Positions 17,012 through 24,257 of a stretch of 24,654 bases of DNA are shown here, in pieces. The DNA is taken from positions 1-24,654 of the IMG/VR virus record IMGVR_UViG_3300045988_113752, one strand, 5' to 3'. A program made the position numbers and the translations under genes. The notes beneath the pieces are model-generated. The model was not told the origin of the DNA. It did not search any database and worked only from the letters and a program-made list of their open reading frames with translations. Position 1 is the stretch's first letter; each line of letters opens with the position of its first letter. The DNA comes from a virus (Duplodnaviria > Heunggongvirae > Uroviricota > Caudoviricetes).

Positions 17012-17269
17012 TTATCTGGTTTGTTTTCGTAATTGTTCGGCACAATAGTCGAGATGTGTTTGCAGATCCTGCATAGACATCTGTGAGCTGGTGACGTAGT
17101 TAATCAGTGCAGTCAGTTCGGCAAGTGGGCCATCGACATTAAATCCATCCTTATCGAGATCCCGGAGTAATTTCATCAAGTGCGATCCCTCCACCAGTGA
17201 CCTGACGCCTCCCGGCGTGTGAATCCTTTCGGTAAATCCCTCTTCCAGTGGATAGTGATACTGCTGCAT
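17012..17269 (-). CDS. Small protein homologous to the antirepressor C-terminal domain, LexA-box controlled
   Basis: 85 aa from the second ATG (17269), which has GGAG 9 nt upstream; the first ATG (17284) has no RBS. YPLEEGFTERIHTPGGVRSLVEGSHLMKLLRDLDKDGFNVDGPLAELTAL aligns with YPLKPGYRSLIHSPSGVLGLTENSLLMNLLNQLQEDGHDVSGAAAELTTM of both antirepressors. Confidence 0.6.
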   Translation of the reverse strand: MQQYHYPLEEGFTERIHTPGGVRSLVEGSHLMKLLRDLDKDGFNVDGPLAELTALINYVTSSQMSMQDLQTHLDYCAEQLRKQTR

Positions 17270-17289
17270 CTTAATCTTCTCCATGCAAT

Positions 17290-17309
17290 AACTGTATATT
17301 TATACAGTA
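17290..17309. promoter_or_regulatory. LexA (SOS) box aACTGTATATTTATACAGTAg
   Basis: Perfect CTGT-N8-ACAG palindrome with all-AT spacer, near-identical to the E. coli LexA consensus TACTGTATATATATACAGTA. It lies 21 nt upstream of the start codon of the minus-strand small gene. Confidence 0.7.
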
Positions 17310-17345
17310 GCAAATAATTTGTTTGCTATCCAGCACGTTTTGCAA

Positions 17346-17362
17346 ATTACCTGAAAGGTAAT
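17346..17362. promoter_or_regulatory. Perfect palindrome ATTACCT-gaa-AGGTAAT upstream of the tailspike gene
   Basis: 7-bp arms with 3-nt spacer, immediately downstream of TTGCAA (17340-17345), about 105 nt upstream of the tailspike ATG. Confidence 0.3.
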
Positions 17363-17465
17363 ATCTATTCATATTCACAGTCTTTCTATCCATATATGGT
17401 TTTTTGGGTAATAGAATAACCAGATATGCGGCGCAACGGGTGCTGCGACTATCTGGAGATTTAAC

Positions 17466-19766
17466 ATGACGGTCTCAACCGAAGTTGACCACAACGAATA
17501 CACAGGTAACGGCGTTACGACATCATTTCCGTATACCTTCCGTATTTTCAAAAAATCCGACCTGGTTGTTCAGGTGTCTGACCTTAACGGTAACGTTACA
17601 AAACTAGTGCTGGATGCTGGTTATACGGTAACAGGGGCGGGAACTTATAGTGGCGGTGCAGTGGTTCTTCCGTCGCCGCTTGCTGCTGGCTGGCGAATCA
17701 CGATAGAGCGTGTGCTTGATGTGGTGCAGGAGACTGATCTTCGCAATCAGGGAAAATTTTTCCCCGAAGTTCATGAGGATGCATTTGACTACCTGACGAT
17801 GCTGATCCAGCGATGTTTTGGGTGGTTCAGACGTGCATTGATGAAACCATCTTTGCTTGCAAAATATTACGATGCAAAGCAAAACAGAATATCTAACCTT
17901 GCCGATCCATCACTTGAGCAGGACGCTGTAAATAATCGCTCAATGCGTAATTATGTCGATGCTGCAATCGCCGGAGTTATTGGTGGTTTTGGTTGGTTTA
18001 TTCAGTATGGTTCTGGAGCAGTATACCGAACGTTCCAGGATAAGATGAGAGACACCGTTAGTGTTCGCGATTTTGGGGCAAAAGGCGATGGTATAACAGA
18101 TGATACATCTGCATTGATTCTGGCTGCAGAATATGCACGAGAATCATCCAGAACATTACGAGCGGAAGGTAATTTTATTATTACGGAGACATTAAATCTT
18201 CGTAATGTCAGCCTCGAAATGACCAATGCTGTTTTTACCATATCCCACTCAGGGATAGGGGTATTGCTTGGCGGGAATGCATCAAACCCTAACAACCCAA
18301 GACAAAACTTCGGAACGATTATCAGAAATTCTGGTATTTCATCTGAAACGACACCGGATATTCGTATTATCGGGGCAAAAGGGCAGCATATTAACATTGA
18401 GCGTTGCGACTACTTACAGTTATATGCAAACTCTGATGATTCAGTATATGAAACAGATTATTCTATAGCCTACTCAACCTTTAACCTGAAAAAGGTCGAT
18501 ACAATTCATTTTCTTGGTGTAGTTAGAGGTTGGATAAACGAAAACAAGTTTTACCTAAACAGGACAAATAATGTGATTATTGCTGATAATCCGTATTCAC
18601 ATAATCACAACAAGTTTTTTGGTGGAACGATGGAGAATACTGGGGTTATTGACATTCAGCGTGGTAATAATAATCATTTTTACGGACTCCGTTTTGAGCG
18701 CAGACCAGACAACCCAGATGACACACAAAGAATTAATTTTGGTAGTTATACGTGGAATAATTCTGTTCAGGCATCATGGCTTAGCTTTTCTGCATATACC
18801 AATGAACCATATAACCCAAACAATCTTGTAACTGTCACTGATAATGGTAATGGAAATGCTGTATATCATATTCAGGAAGAACTAACTAATGAAGTGTCGC
18901 TTTTTTCAGTGAGTGAGAAAACGCCATTTTTATCAAGCGTTAATATGGGAAGTTCAGATACACCTGATTATGTTACAGATGTAAAAAGTGTGCGAAATTT
19001 AATTCATCTTGTTAATGGTAGTTTTGCTATTGGACGTAACTTCAGGACAATTTGGGAATCAGGTGATATAAGCGTCAGGAATGGCGATGTGTTTGCATTT
19101 ACTTCTGATGTCAGCGCATTCCGCATAAGGGTTTATGGAATTGATGAGAATGGCAGTGTTATTACAAATGAGCCTGAAGGGATTGGTTTTCCAGGGGCTT
19201 CATGGGATGATGAAAACAGTCGTTTTACTACCCAGTCTAACATCGGTAATGCAAAGTTTAGGATAACCGACAAAGGAGGAGTAAAATCAATAAGGGTTGT
19301 CATTCTGTCGGGTGGTAATACATCTGGAATTACCTTCAAATATATCAGATTTACCGGAAGATATTATAAGGATAGTTCTGCGTATCCTCGAAGAAATATG
19401 GATGATCATAATATCCACAGGTCTGGTGCTGTGATGTTTAATTCATCACTTGATGTCAAAATGGAAAATATAGCATCAGGTGTTACCTGTTATGTAAAAG
19501 ATGCATCTGATGTTAAGGTTAATATATTAAGAAATAGATACGTTGTTAAATCGGTGTCCGGGAATACTATATATGTGCGTAACCAGGATGAAATTTCATA
19601 TTCTGGTCCTTATGATGACTTTAAGGTTGCATATACTAGCGGGGCAAAAAATATGATTTCTGATGTTTCAGGAATTTCATCTAATGCAATAAAGTTATCA
19701 GGTAGTGTTCCTTCTGAAATATCAGAAGGAAGCAATATTGATTTGATTAAAATATTAACGAAGTAG
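17466..19766 (+). CDS. Tailspike protein: gp17-like N-terminal anchor plus pectate-lyase-type beta-helix depolymerase domain
   Basis: 766 aa with GGAG RBS. The N-terminal ~150 aa follow the pattern of T7 gp17-type tail fibre N-termini. The central DFGAKGDGITDDTSAL is the hallmark of pectate-lyase-fold tailspikes. The C-terminal half is AT-rich. Confidence 0.8.
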   Translation: MTVSTEVDHNEYTGNGVTTSFPYTFRIFKKSDLVVQVSDLNGNVTKLVLDAGYTVTGAGTYSGGAVVLPSPLAAGWRITIERVLDVVQETDLRNQGKFFPEVHEDAFDYLTMLIQRCFGWFRRALMKPSLLAKYYDAKQNRISNLADPSLEQDAVNNRSMRNYVDAAIAGVIGGFGWFIQYGSGAVYRTFQDKMRDTVSVRDFGAKGDGITDDTSALILAAEYARESSRTLRAEGNFIITETLNLRNVSLEMTNAVFTISHSGIGVLLGGNASNPNNPRQNFGTIIRNSGISSETTPDIRIIGAKGQHINIERCDYLQLYANSDDSVYETDYSIAYSTFNLKKVDTIHFLGVVRGWINENKFYLNRTNNVIIADNPYSHNHNKFFGGTMENTGVIDIQRGNNNHFYGLRFERRPDNPDDTQRINFGSYTWNNSVQASWLSFSAYTNEPYNPNNLVTVTDNGNGNAVYHIQEELTNEVSLFSVSEKTPFLSSVNMGSSDTPDYVTDVKSVRNLIHLVNGSFAIGRNFRTIWESGDISVRNGDVFAFTSDVSAFRIRVYGIDENGSVITNEPEGIGFPGASWDDENSRFTTQSNIGNAKFRITDKGGVKSIRVVILSGGNTSGITFKYIRFTGRYYKDSSAYPRRNMDDHNIHRSGAVMFNSSLDVKMENIASGVTCYVKDASDVKVNILRNRYVVKSVSGNTIYVRNQDEISYSGPYDDFKVAYTSGAKNMISDVSGISSNAIKLSGSVPSEISEGSNIDLIKILTK

Positions 19767-19776
19767 GATTAAATGC

Positions 19777-20091
19777 ATGGAATATAGAACCGGACATTTT
19801 ATTGCAATGGATATAACACCTTTCCTTCATGCGCTTTGTGCTGTGGCCGCACAGATACTGATTGGCCTTTTTACCGGAAACTGGGCTTACGGAGCGATAG
19901 CTGGTTGTACGTTCTTCATTGCGCGTGAACACACCCAGGCAGAATATCGCTGGATTGAAATGTTCGGGCATGGCAAGCGTATGAATATGCCGTGGTGGGG
20001 CGGTTTTGATCCGCGCGTATGGGATGTTGGAAGCCTGTTTGACTTTGTTGTTCCTGTTACTGTTTGTTTTGGTGTTTATTTCTATATTTGA
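19777..20091 (+). CDS. Small hydrophobic membrane protein (hypothetical)
   Basis: 104 aa with aggat 8 nt upstream, starting 11 nt after the tailspike stop. Two to three predicted TM segments and a Trp-rich motif (MPWWGGFDPRVWD). Confidence 0.5.
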   Translation: MEYRTGHFIAMDITPFLHALCAVAAQILIGLFTGNWAYGAIAGCTFFIAREHTQAEYRWIEMFGHGKRMNMPWWGGFDPRVWDVGSLFDFVVPVTVCFGVYFYI

Positions 20092-20313
20092 CTGCTACCG
20101 CGCCATCAAATGGCGCGGAATTCAACTAAGCCTCTATATTTTAAATCATTTCTGTACTGCAATCTCTTCAGAGTTATGTAAAAGGCAAGCCTTATTATCG
20201 ACATGAAAGGAAGGGGATTGACAATGCATGGGTAACAAAAAACCATAAATGGTTTATCATGCGTAATGCCTTTACTATTCAGGAGGTAGTTATGCATATA
20301 AACGGTGGAAAAC

Positions 20314-20718
20314 ATGTCAGCTCAACTAACCAGTGAAACTTTAAATCAGTGGCTTAGCATGAGTTCTCTGGCGGCGGTGATAGCAGGAGTTCCTCCTGAG
20401 GTTGCTTTGGGGGCTTTGGCTGGGGCGGTAATTTTTGTTACCTCTGCGGTAGAGTATCCTATTCGTCGTCGTGTACTCTTGTCGATGCTTAGCTTTCTCT
20501 GCGGCCTTCTTTTTTATAAACCAGCAGCATCAATTCTTATCGGCATAGCCAGCCTGATCCCTACCATCACGCAGGACTCTTTTGAAAAAGGGATTGTTTT
20601 CTCAGCTGGCGCATTCGTGTCAGCAATTGTTGCTGTGCGTATTGGTATATGGCTCTATCACCGTTCCGATAATCCACGCGAGTTAATTCCGGGGAGAAAA
20701 GACGATGGTAACGCATGA
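20314..20718 (+). CDS. Multi-TM membrane protein, first gene of lysis cassette (holin/antiholin candidate)
   Basis: Four hydrophobic segments. The track ORF starts at GTG 20305; ATG 20314 is preferred. Its end overlaps the start of the next membrane-protein gene. Confidence 0.45.
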   Translation: MSAQLTSETLNQWLSMSSLAAVIAGVPPEVALGALAGAVIFVTSAVEYPIRRRVLLSMLSFLCGLLFYKPAASILIGIASLIPTITQDSFEKGIVFSAGAFVSAIVAVRIGIWLYHRSDNPRELIPGRKDDGNA

Positions 20719-21013
20719 GTTTTTTTTGCTTATCACCAATGCAGTTATTTGTACTGGCATAGCAATTCGCGTTGTCACATTCCGGCGTAACGGCTCTCAA
20801 CATCGAAGATGGGGAGGGTGGCTTGCTTATTTCCTTATTGTTGCTGCGGCCAGTATTCCTGTTCGTGTCGTCTATGCAATCTGGTTACGCACGCCAATGG
20901 CTGTGGATTTATCTGAGGTCATTATCAACGCTGTCATGCTTGCCGCGGTTATTAAAACACGCGGTAACGTTGTTCAGATTTTCAAAATATCGAGGTCTAA
21001 ACATGGAGATTAA
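20705..21013 (+). CDS. Holin (putative, three TM segments)
   Basis: 102 aa with GGAG RBS, three hydrophobic helices and a charged C-terminus. Overlaps the endolysin start. Confidence 0.55.
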   Translation: MVTHEFFLLITNAVICTGIAIRVVTFRRNGSQHRRWGGWLAYFLIVAAASIPVRVVYAIWLRTPMAVDLSEVIINAVMLAAVIKTRGNVVQIFKISRSKHGD

Positions 21014-21632
21014 ACAATTCCAGCGAGCTGCTGGTATTAGCGAGGCGCTGGCCGCTCGCTGGTTCTCGCATATAACTTCTGCGATGAAAGAGTTTGGTAT
21101 CAGCAAGGCAGAAGATCAGGCAATGTTTATTGCTCAAGTTGGGCATGAGTCTGGGGGGTTCACCAGGTTGCAGGAGAATTTCAACTACAGCGTTACCGGA
21201 CTGGTGAGCTTTGTCCGGACTGGACGCCTCACCCAGGGACAGGCTAATGCACTGGGGCGCCGCGTTGGTGAACCACCATTGCCACTTGAGCGCCAGCGCG
21301 CGATCGCAAATCTGGTATACAGCAAACGCATGGGTAACAATGCTCCCGGCGATGGCTGGAATTACCGTGGGCGCGGGCTTATCCAGATTACCGGTTTGAA
21401 TAACTATCGTGACTGCGGAAACGGTCTGAAAGTTGACCTGCTGGAGAATCCTGAACTGCTGGCACAGGACGAATACGCGGCTCGTAGCGCGGCCTGGTTC
21501 TTCTCCAGCAAAGGCTGCATGAAGTATACCGGAGATATTGTACGTGTAACTCTGATTATCAATGGTGGCAGGAACGGCATCGACGACCGGCGCGCGCGAT
21601 ACATCACTGCCAGTAAGGTGCTGGCGGTATGA
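21003..21632 (+). CDS. Endolysin, glycoside hydrolase family 19 (chitinase-like lysozyme)
   Basis: Internal ATG of track ORF 20772..21632. [12 protein letters not shown] and [16 protein letters not shown] match the GH19 catalytic signature regions. Confidence 0.8.
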   Translation: MEIKQFQRAAGISEALAARWFSHITSAMKEFGISKAEDQAMFIAQVGHESGGFTRLQENFNYSVTGLVSFVRTGRLTQGQANALGRRVGEPPLPLERQRAIANLVYSKRMGNNAPGDGWNYRGRGLIQITGLNNYRDCGNGLKVDLLENPELLAQDEYAARSAAWFFSSKGCMKYTGDIVRVTLIINGGRNGIDDRRARYITASKVLAV

Positions 21633-22111
21633 TCTGGGCATTCGCAAAAGCATACTGGAAACAGTTGGTTATCATGGCGATGCTTGCTGTTCTGGTCATA
21701 TCAGGAGTTGTCGCCTGGAATGCACACGGCAGTCGCCAGTACGATGCCGGGTATGCTCAGGCGGAAGAAGACCGCAAAGCCGAAGAAGACAAAGTTCGTC
21801 AGCACTACGAACAGGAGAAATCGATCAATGAACGTGAAGCGCAGCAGAGGATCGACCAGGCGCGCAATGATGCTCTTGATGCTGCCGCTCGCGCTGGCCG
21901 GTTGCAGCAACAGCTCGTTGCCATCCGTGAGCAGCTCAGGCACTATAACGCCATTGTCGGCGCTGGGACGTCAGCCGCAGACACCGGAGTTTTGCTTGCC
22001 GACGTGCTCAGTAAATCTCTCGAGAGAAACAGACAACTGGCAGAGTATGCTGACCGGGCAGCCGAAGCCGGAAGAGTCTGTGAAAAACAGTACGACACCC
22101 TGACCAGATAG
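21629..22111 (+). CDS. Rz-like i-spanin
   Basis: Start overlaps the endolysin stop (ATGA). N-terminal TM helix followed by a charged, coiled-coil-like periplasmic domain. Confidence 0.7.
   Translation: MIWAFAKAYWKQLVIMAMLAVLVISGVVAWNAHGSRQYDAGYAQAEEDRKAEEDKVRQHYEQEKSINEREAQQRIDQARNDALDAAARAGRLQQQLVAIREQLRHYNAIVGAGTSAADTGVLLADVLSKSLERNRQLAEYADRAAEAGRVCEKQYDTLTR
21828..22103 (+). CDS. Rz1-like o-spanin lipoprotein, embedded in Rz in the +1 frame
   Basis: [26 protein letters not shown] has a basic n-region, hydrophobic core and LAGC lipobox. GGAG lies 10 nt upstream. The mature part is Pro/Ser-rich. Confidence 0.6.
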   Translation: MNVKRSRGSTRRAMMLLMLPLALAGCSNSSLPSVSSSGTITPLSALGRQPQTPEFCLPTCSVNLSRETDNWQSMLTGQPKPEESVKNSTTP

Positions 22112-22218
22112 CATGGCATTTTTCATGGTACTGATTTCCGGTGACGGTATATAAAACGGTACGAGGAAAATTGAGCTTTGGAAAAATGTTATCACTCAAT
22201 TGGTTATGGTGTCCGTAA

Positions 22219-22236
22219 ATAATTGAGTGGGAATGA
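22219..22236 (+). other. guaA: Remnant 3' end of guaA (ATA ATT GAG TGG GAA TGA = IIEWE-stop): probable prophage att junction
   Basis: E. coli GuaA ends ...PPATIEWE as I recall it. Here only the last codons are present and the frame is closed by TAA two codons upstream, so the upstream DNA is not guaA. A host-like terminator follows. Confidence 0.45.
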
Positions 22237-22262
22237 TTTTGATCCCTGCACTATGAATGAAC

Positions 22263-22292
22263 AAAACCCTCTGTTACTACAGAGGGTTTTTT
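22263..22292. terminator. Bidirectional intrinsic terminator (AAAA-CCCTCTG-ttacta-CAGAGGG-TTTTTT)
   Basis: Perfect 7-bp stem flanked by an A-run and a T-run, between convergent genes. Confidence 0.7.
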
Positions 22293-22330
22293 ATCTTCAA
22301 GAATTATAGGCTTGAAGTTACTTACATCGA

Positions 22331-22870
22331 TTAATTAAACCAGCTGTCCGATTTGTTCTCTTCTGCTTTGCCCACGCTTTTCATCAGATCGCGACCGCCT
22401 TCAGTCATATTTCTGTTGGCGTCAGCTTCAGATTGCACCACATCGGTTTGCGCAGCTTTGTGCTTCAGTTCCTGATCGATAAATTCGTTTTCTCGCTTAA
22501 CGCGGGCTTCTTCTTTTGCCAGCGCCAGTTTTTGTTTCTGAATCTCTAAGCTGTGTAGCTCATCTTCATAACTTTGATCGCGTTTTTTGTCCGCAGAGGC
22601 TTCGGCGTCCAGTTTATCCTGACGAGCTTTCTTATTTGCTGCTGCCGTTGCCGCTCTTTTGTTAGCGGCGGCCTGGGCATTTGCGCGACGTTGCTTCTCT
22701 TGCTGGATTTCCCTGTTGCGCTCCGCGACCCATTCGTCATGCTGCCTTTGCTCTTCATTTTTACCTTGCTGTTCAGCTTCTGCTACAGCAGAGAGTTGAT
22801 CCTGCAATGATGAGGCGATAGCCGGATAGCTTAAGGAGGCCAAGATGGCGCAAAGAAAAACTTTCTTCAT
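22331..22870 (-). CDS. yfgI: Periplasmic coiled-coil protein, YfgI-like (host gene)
   Basis: 179 aa with signal peptide MKKVFLCAILASLSYPAIA, then a highly charged Gln/Ala/Lys/Glu-rich sequence. Length and neighbourhood match E. coli yfgI as recalled. Confidence 0.5.
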   Translation of the reverse strand: MKKVFLCAILASLSYPAIASSLQDQLSAVAEAEQQGKNEEQRQHDEWVAERNREIQQEKQRRANAQAAANKRAATAAANKKARQDKLDAEASADKKRDQSYEDELHSLEIQKQKLALAKEEARVKRENEFIDQELKHKAAQTDVVQSEADANRNMTEGGRDLMKSVGKAEENKSDSWFN

Positions 22871-22885
22871 GACTCCTCCTGATTA

Positions 22886-23404
22886 TTAGCTCTTTTCAGG
22901 ACATTTAGTATTTGGCTGAATACGCGTTTCGTTATACGTTGTGGTAATAACAACGGCTAAACCTGTCGTAAACTGGCACTCTTTACCCACCTGGGTAGAG
23001 GTATACACTTTGGTGCCTTCCTTATATGTTAAAGAAACACCTTCCACTAAGGTTTTATCATTCACCATAGAACCCGCTGCCGCGCCTACAGCTCCGCCGC
23101 CAACTGCCCCTGCCGTCGTTCCGGAATTGCTGCCAGAACCGACGTTGTGGCCGATAACACCGCCAGCGACTGCGCCAATAAGCGCGCCGAAGGCTTGTGC
23201 GTTCCGTTTATTTTGGGAGTTGTCTACGGCAACTTTTGCGGGAAGAATGGAAATAATATTAACGGTTTTAGTTTCTTGTTTGGTATTCAGTTGATCGGTT
23301 TGATAAACATCGGCGGCATGATCGTCAGCATTTGACTGGCATCCTGCCAGAGTGAATGACGCTAACATTGCCACAGGCAGAAGACATTTTTTAAATTTCA
23401 TCAC
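22886..23404 (-). CDS. yfgH: Outer-membrane lipoprotein with glycine-zipper region, YfgH-like (host gene)
   Basis: 172 aa with LAGC lipobox and a Gly/Ala-rich segment (GALIGAVAGGVIGHNVG...GAVGGGAVGAAAG), similar in architecture to SlyB/Pcp-type lipoproteins. Confidence 0.5.
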   Translation of the reverse strand: MMKFKKCLLPVAMLASFTLAGCQSNADDHAADVYQTDQLNTKQETKTVNIISILPAKVAVDNSQNKRNAQAFGALIGAVAGGVIGHNVGSGSNSGTTAGAVGGGAVGAAAGSMVNDKTLVEGVSLTYKEGTKVYTSTQVGKECQFTTGLAVVITTTYNETRIQPNTKCPEKS

Positions 23405-23714
23405 TATTCCTTGTTATACACATTACGAAAAATAAGACATTTAAGATCATCAAAAGAGGAAAGTAAATGTATTGCGTATAAAGGGATAGATTAAATTTAT
23501 TAAAATTCACGCAGGGAATAATTTATAAAAATATATCATTACAACATATATATTAATTTTATATTTATTTCGCAGCCAAACAGGATAAACATCAGTCAGG
23601 ACAAAGACGTAAAATTTAAGATGAAAGAATATCTGCCGCTTTGATAATTCCAAAGAGCAAAAGCATCCGACAGCGAAGTGCCGTTAGGTTCTGTGAAAGT
23701 GGAGAAGGTAACCG

Positions 23715-23906
23715 CTAACGTTGTACCGGTGATTCGACGGAGAGTGTGGATTGCTGAGCTTCTTTTTTGCTCTGATGGTGCTGCCAGGCACCGACGGACG
23801 AGTAGATAAAACGGCCAAAGAAGAAGATAAAGCTGATGAGCAGTACGATACGGGTCATGCGACTGTTAAATCGGTGTCGTTTTCGCATACTGGTTGCCTG
23901 ACTCAC
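23715..23906 (-). CDS. yfgG: Small single-TM membrane protein, YfgG-like (host gene)
   Basis: 63 aa with a basic N-terminus and one hydrophobic helix (IVLLISFIFFFGRFIY). Size and position match yfgG. Confidence 0.45.
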   Translation of the reverse strand: MSQATSMRKRHRFNSRMTRIVLLISFIFFFGRFIYSSVGAWQHHQSKKEAQQSTLSVESPVQR

Positions 23907-24257
23907 AAAAGGTTCCTTGAAGTATGTCCCACGCTGTGGACGGTACTTACATTAAGGCACAACAGGACAAAATGGTCAATTCTTCGTTATGTAAAAAAGC
24001 GTCAGTGGATACATATTTTAATGTTATGGAAGTTAATTTAATTATTTACAATGATGATGTAATAATGATGAATTAACATGATAAACGTAATAATTCATTA
24101 ATCAGGGTTATTTTGTTTGATATATATCAATTGGAACTTTCATATGACACTTAGAATCAATGCTCTCTATAGTGATGAATAATCATCATTCGAAGTCAGG
24201 TGGGATGCCTGTCTGAATACACCTCCTTCAGGATGTGGGGGATTCTGCTGAGCATCT

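Noticed and set aside
20772-21002. N-terminal 77 codons of the endolysin ORF as called in the track
   Set aside because: This stretch overlaps the holin gene in another frame. The GH19 domain starts at the internal ATG 21003, which gives a normal-sized 209-aa enzyme.
21684-21827. Upstream part of the track ORF containing Rz1
   Set aside because: The lipoprotein signal peptide begins at the internal Met (21828), which has its own GGAG RBS. The upstream 48 codons have no signal-peptide character.
23751-24041. 96-aa plus-strand ORF overlapping the yfgG-like gene
   Set aside because: Antisense to a gene whose size and features match a known small membrane protein. No RBS.
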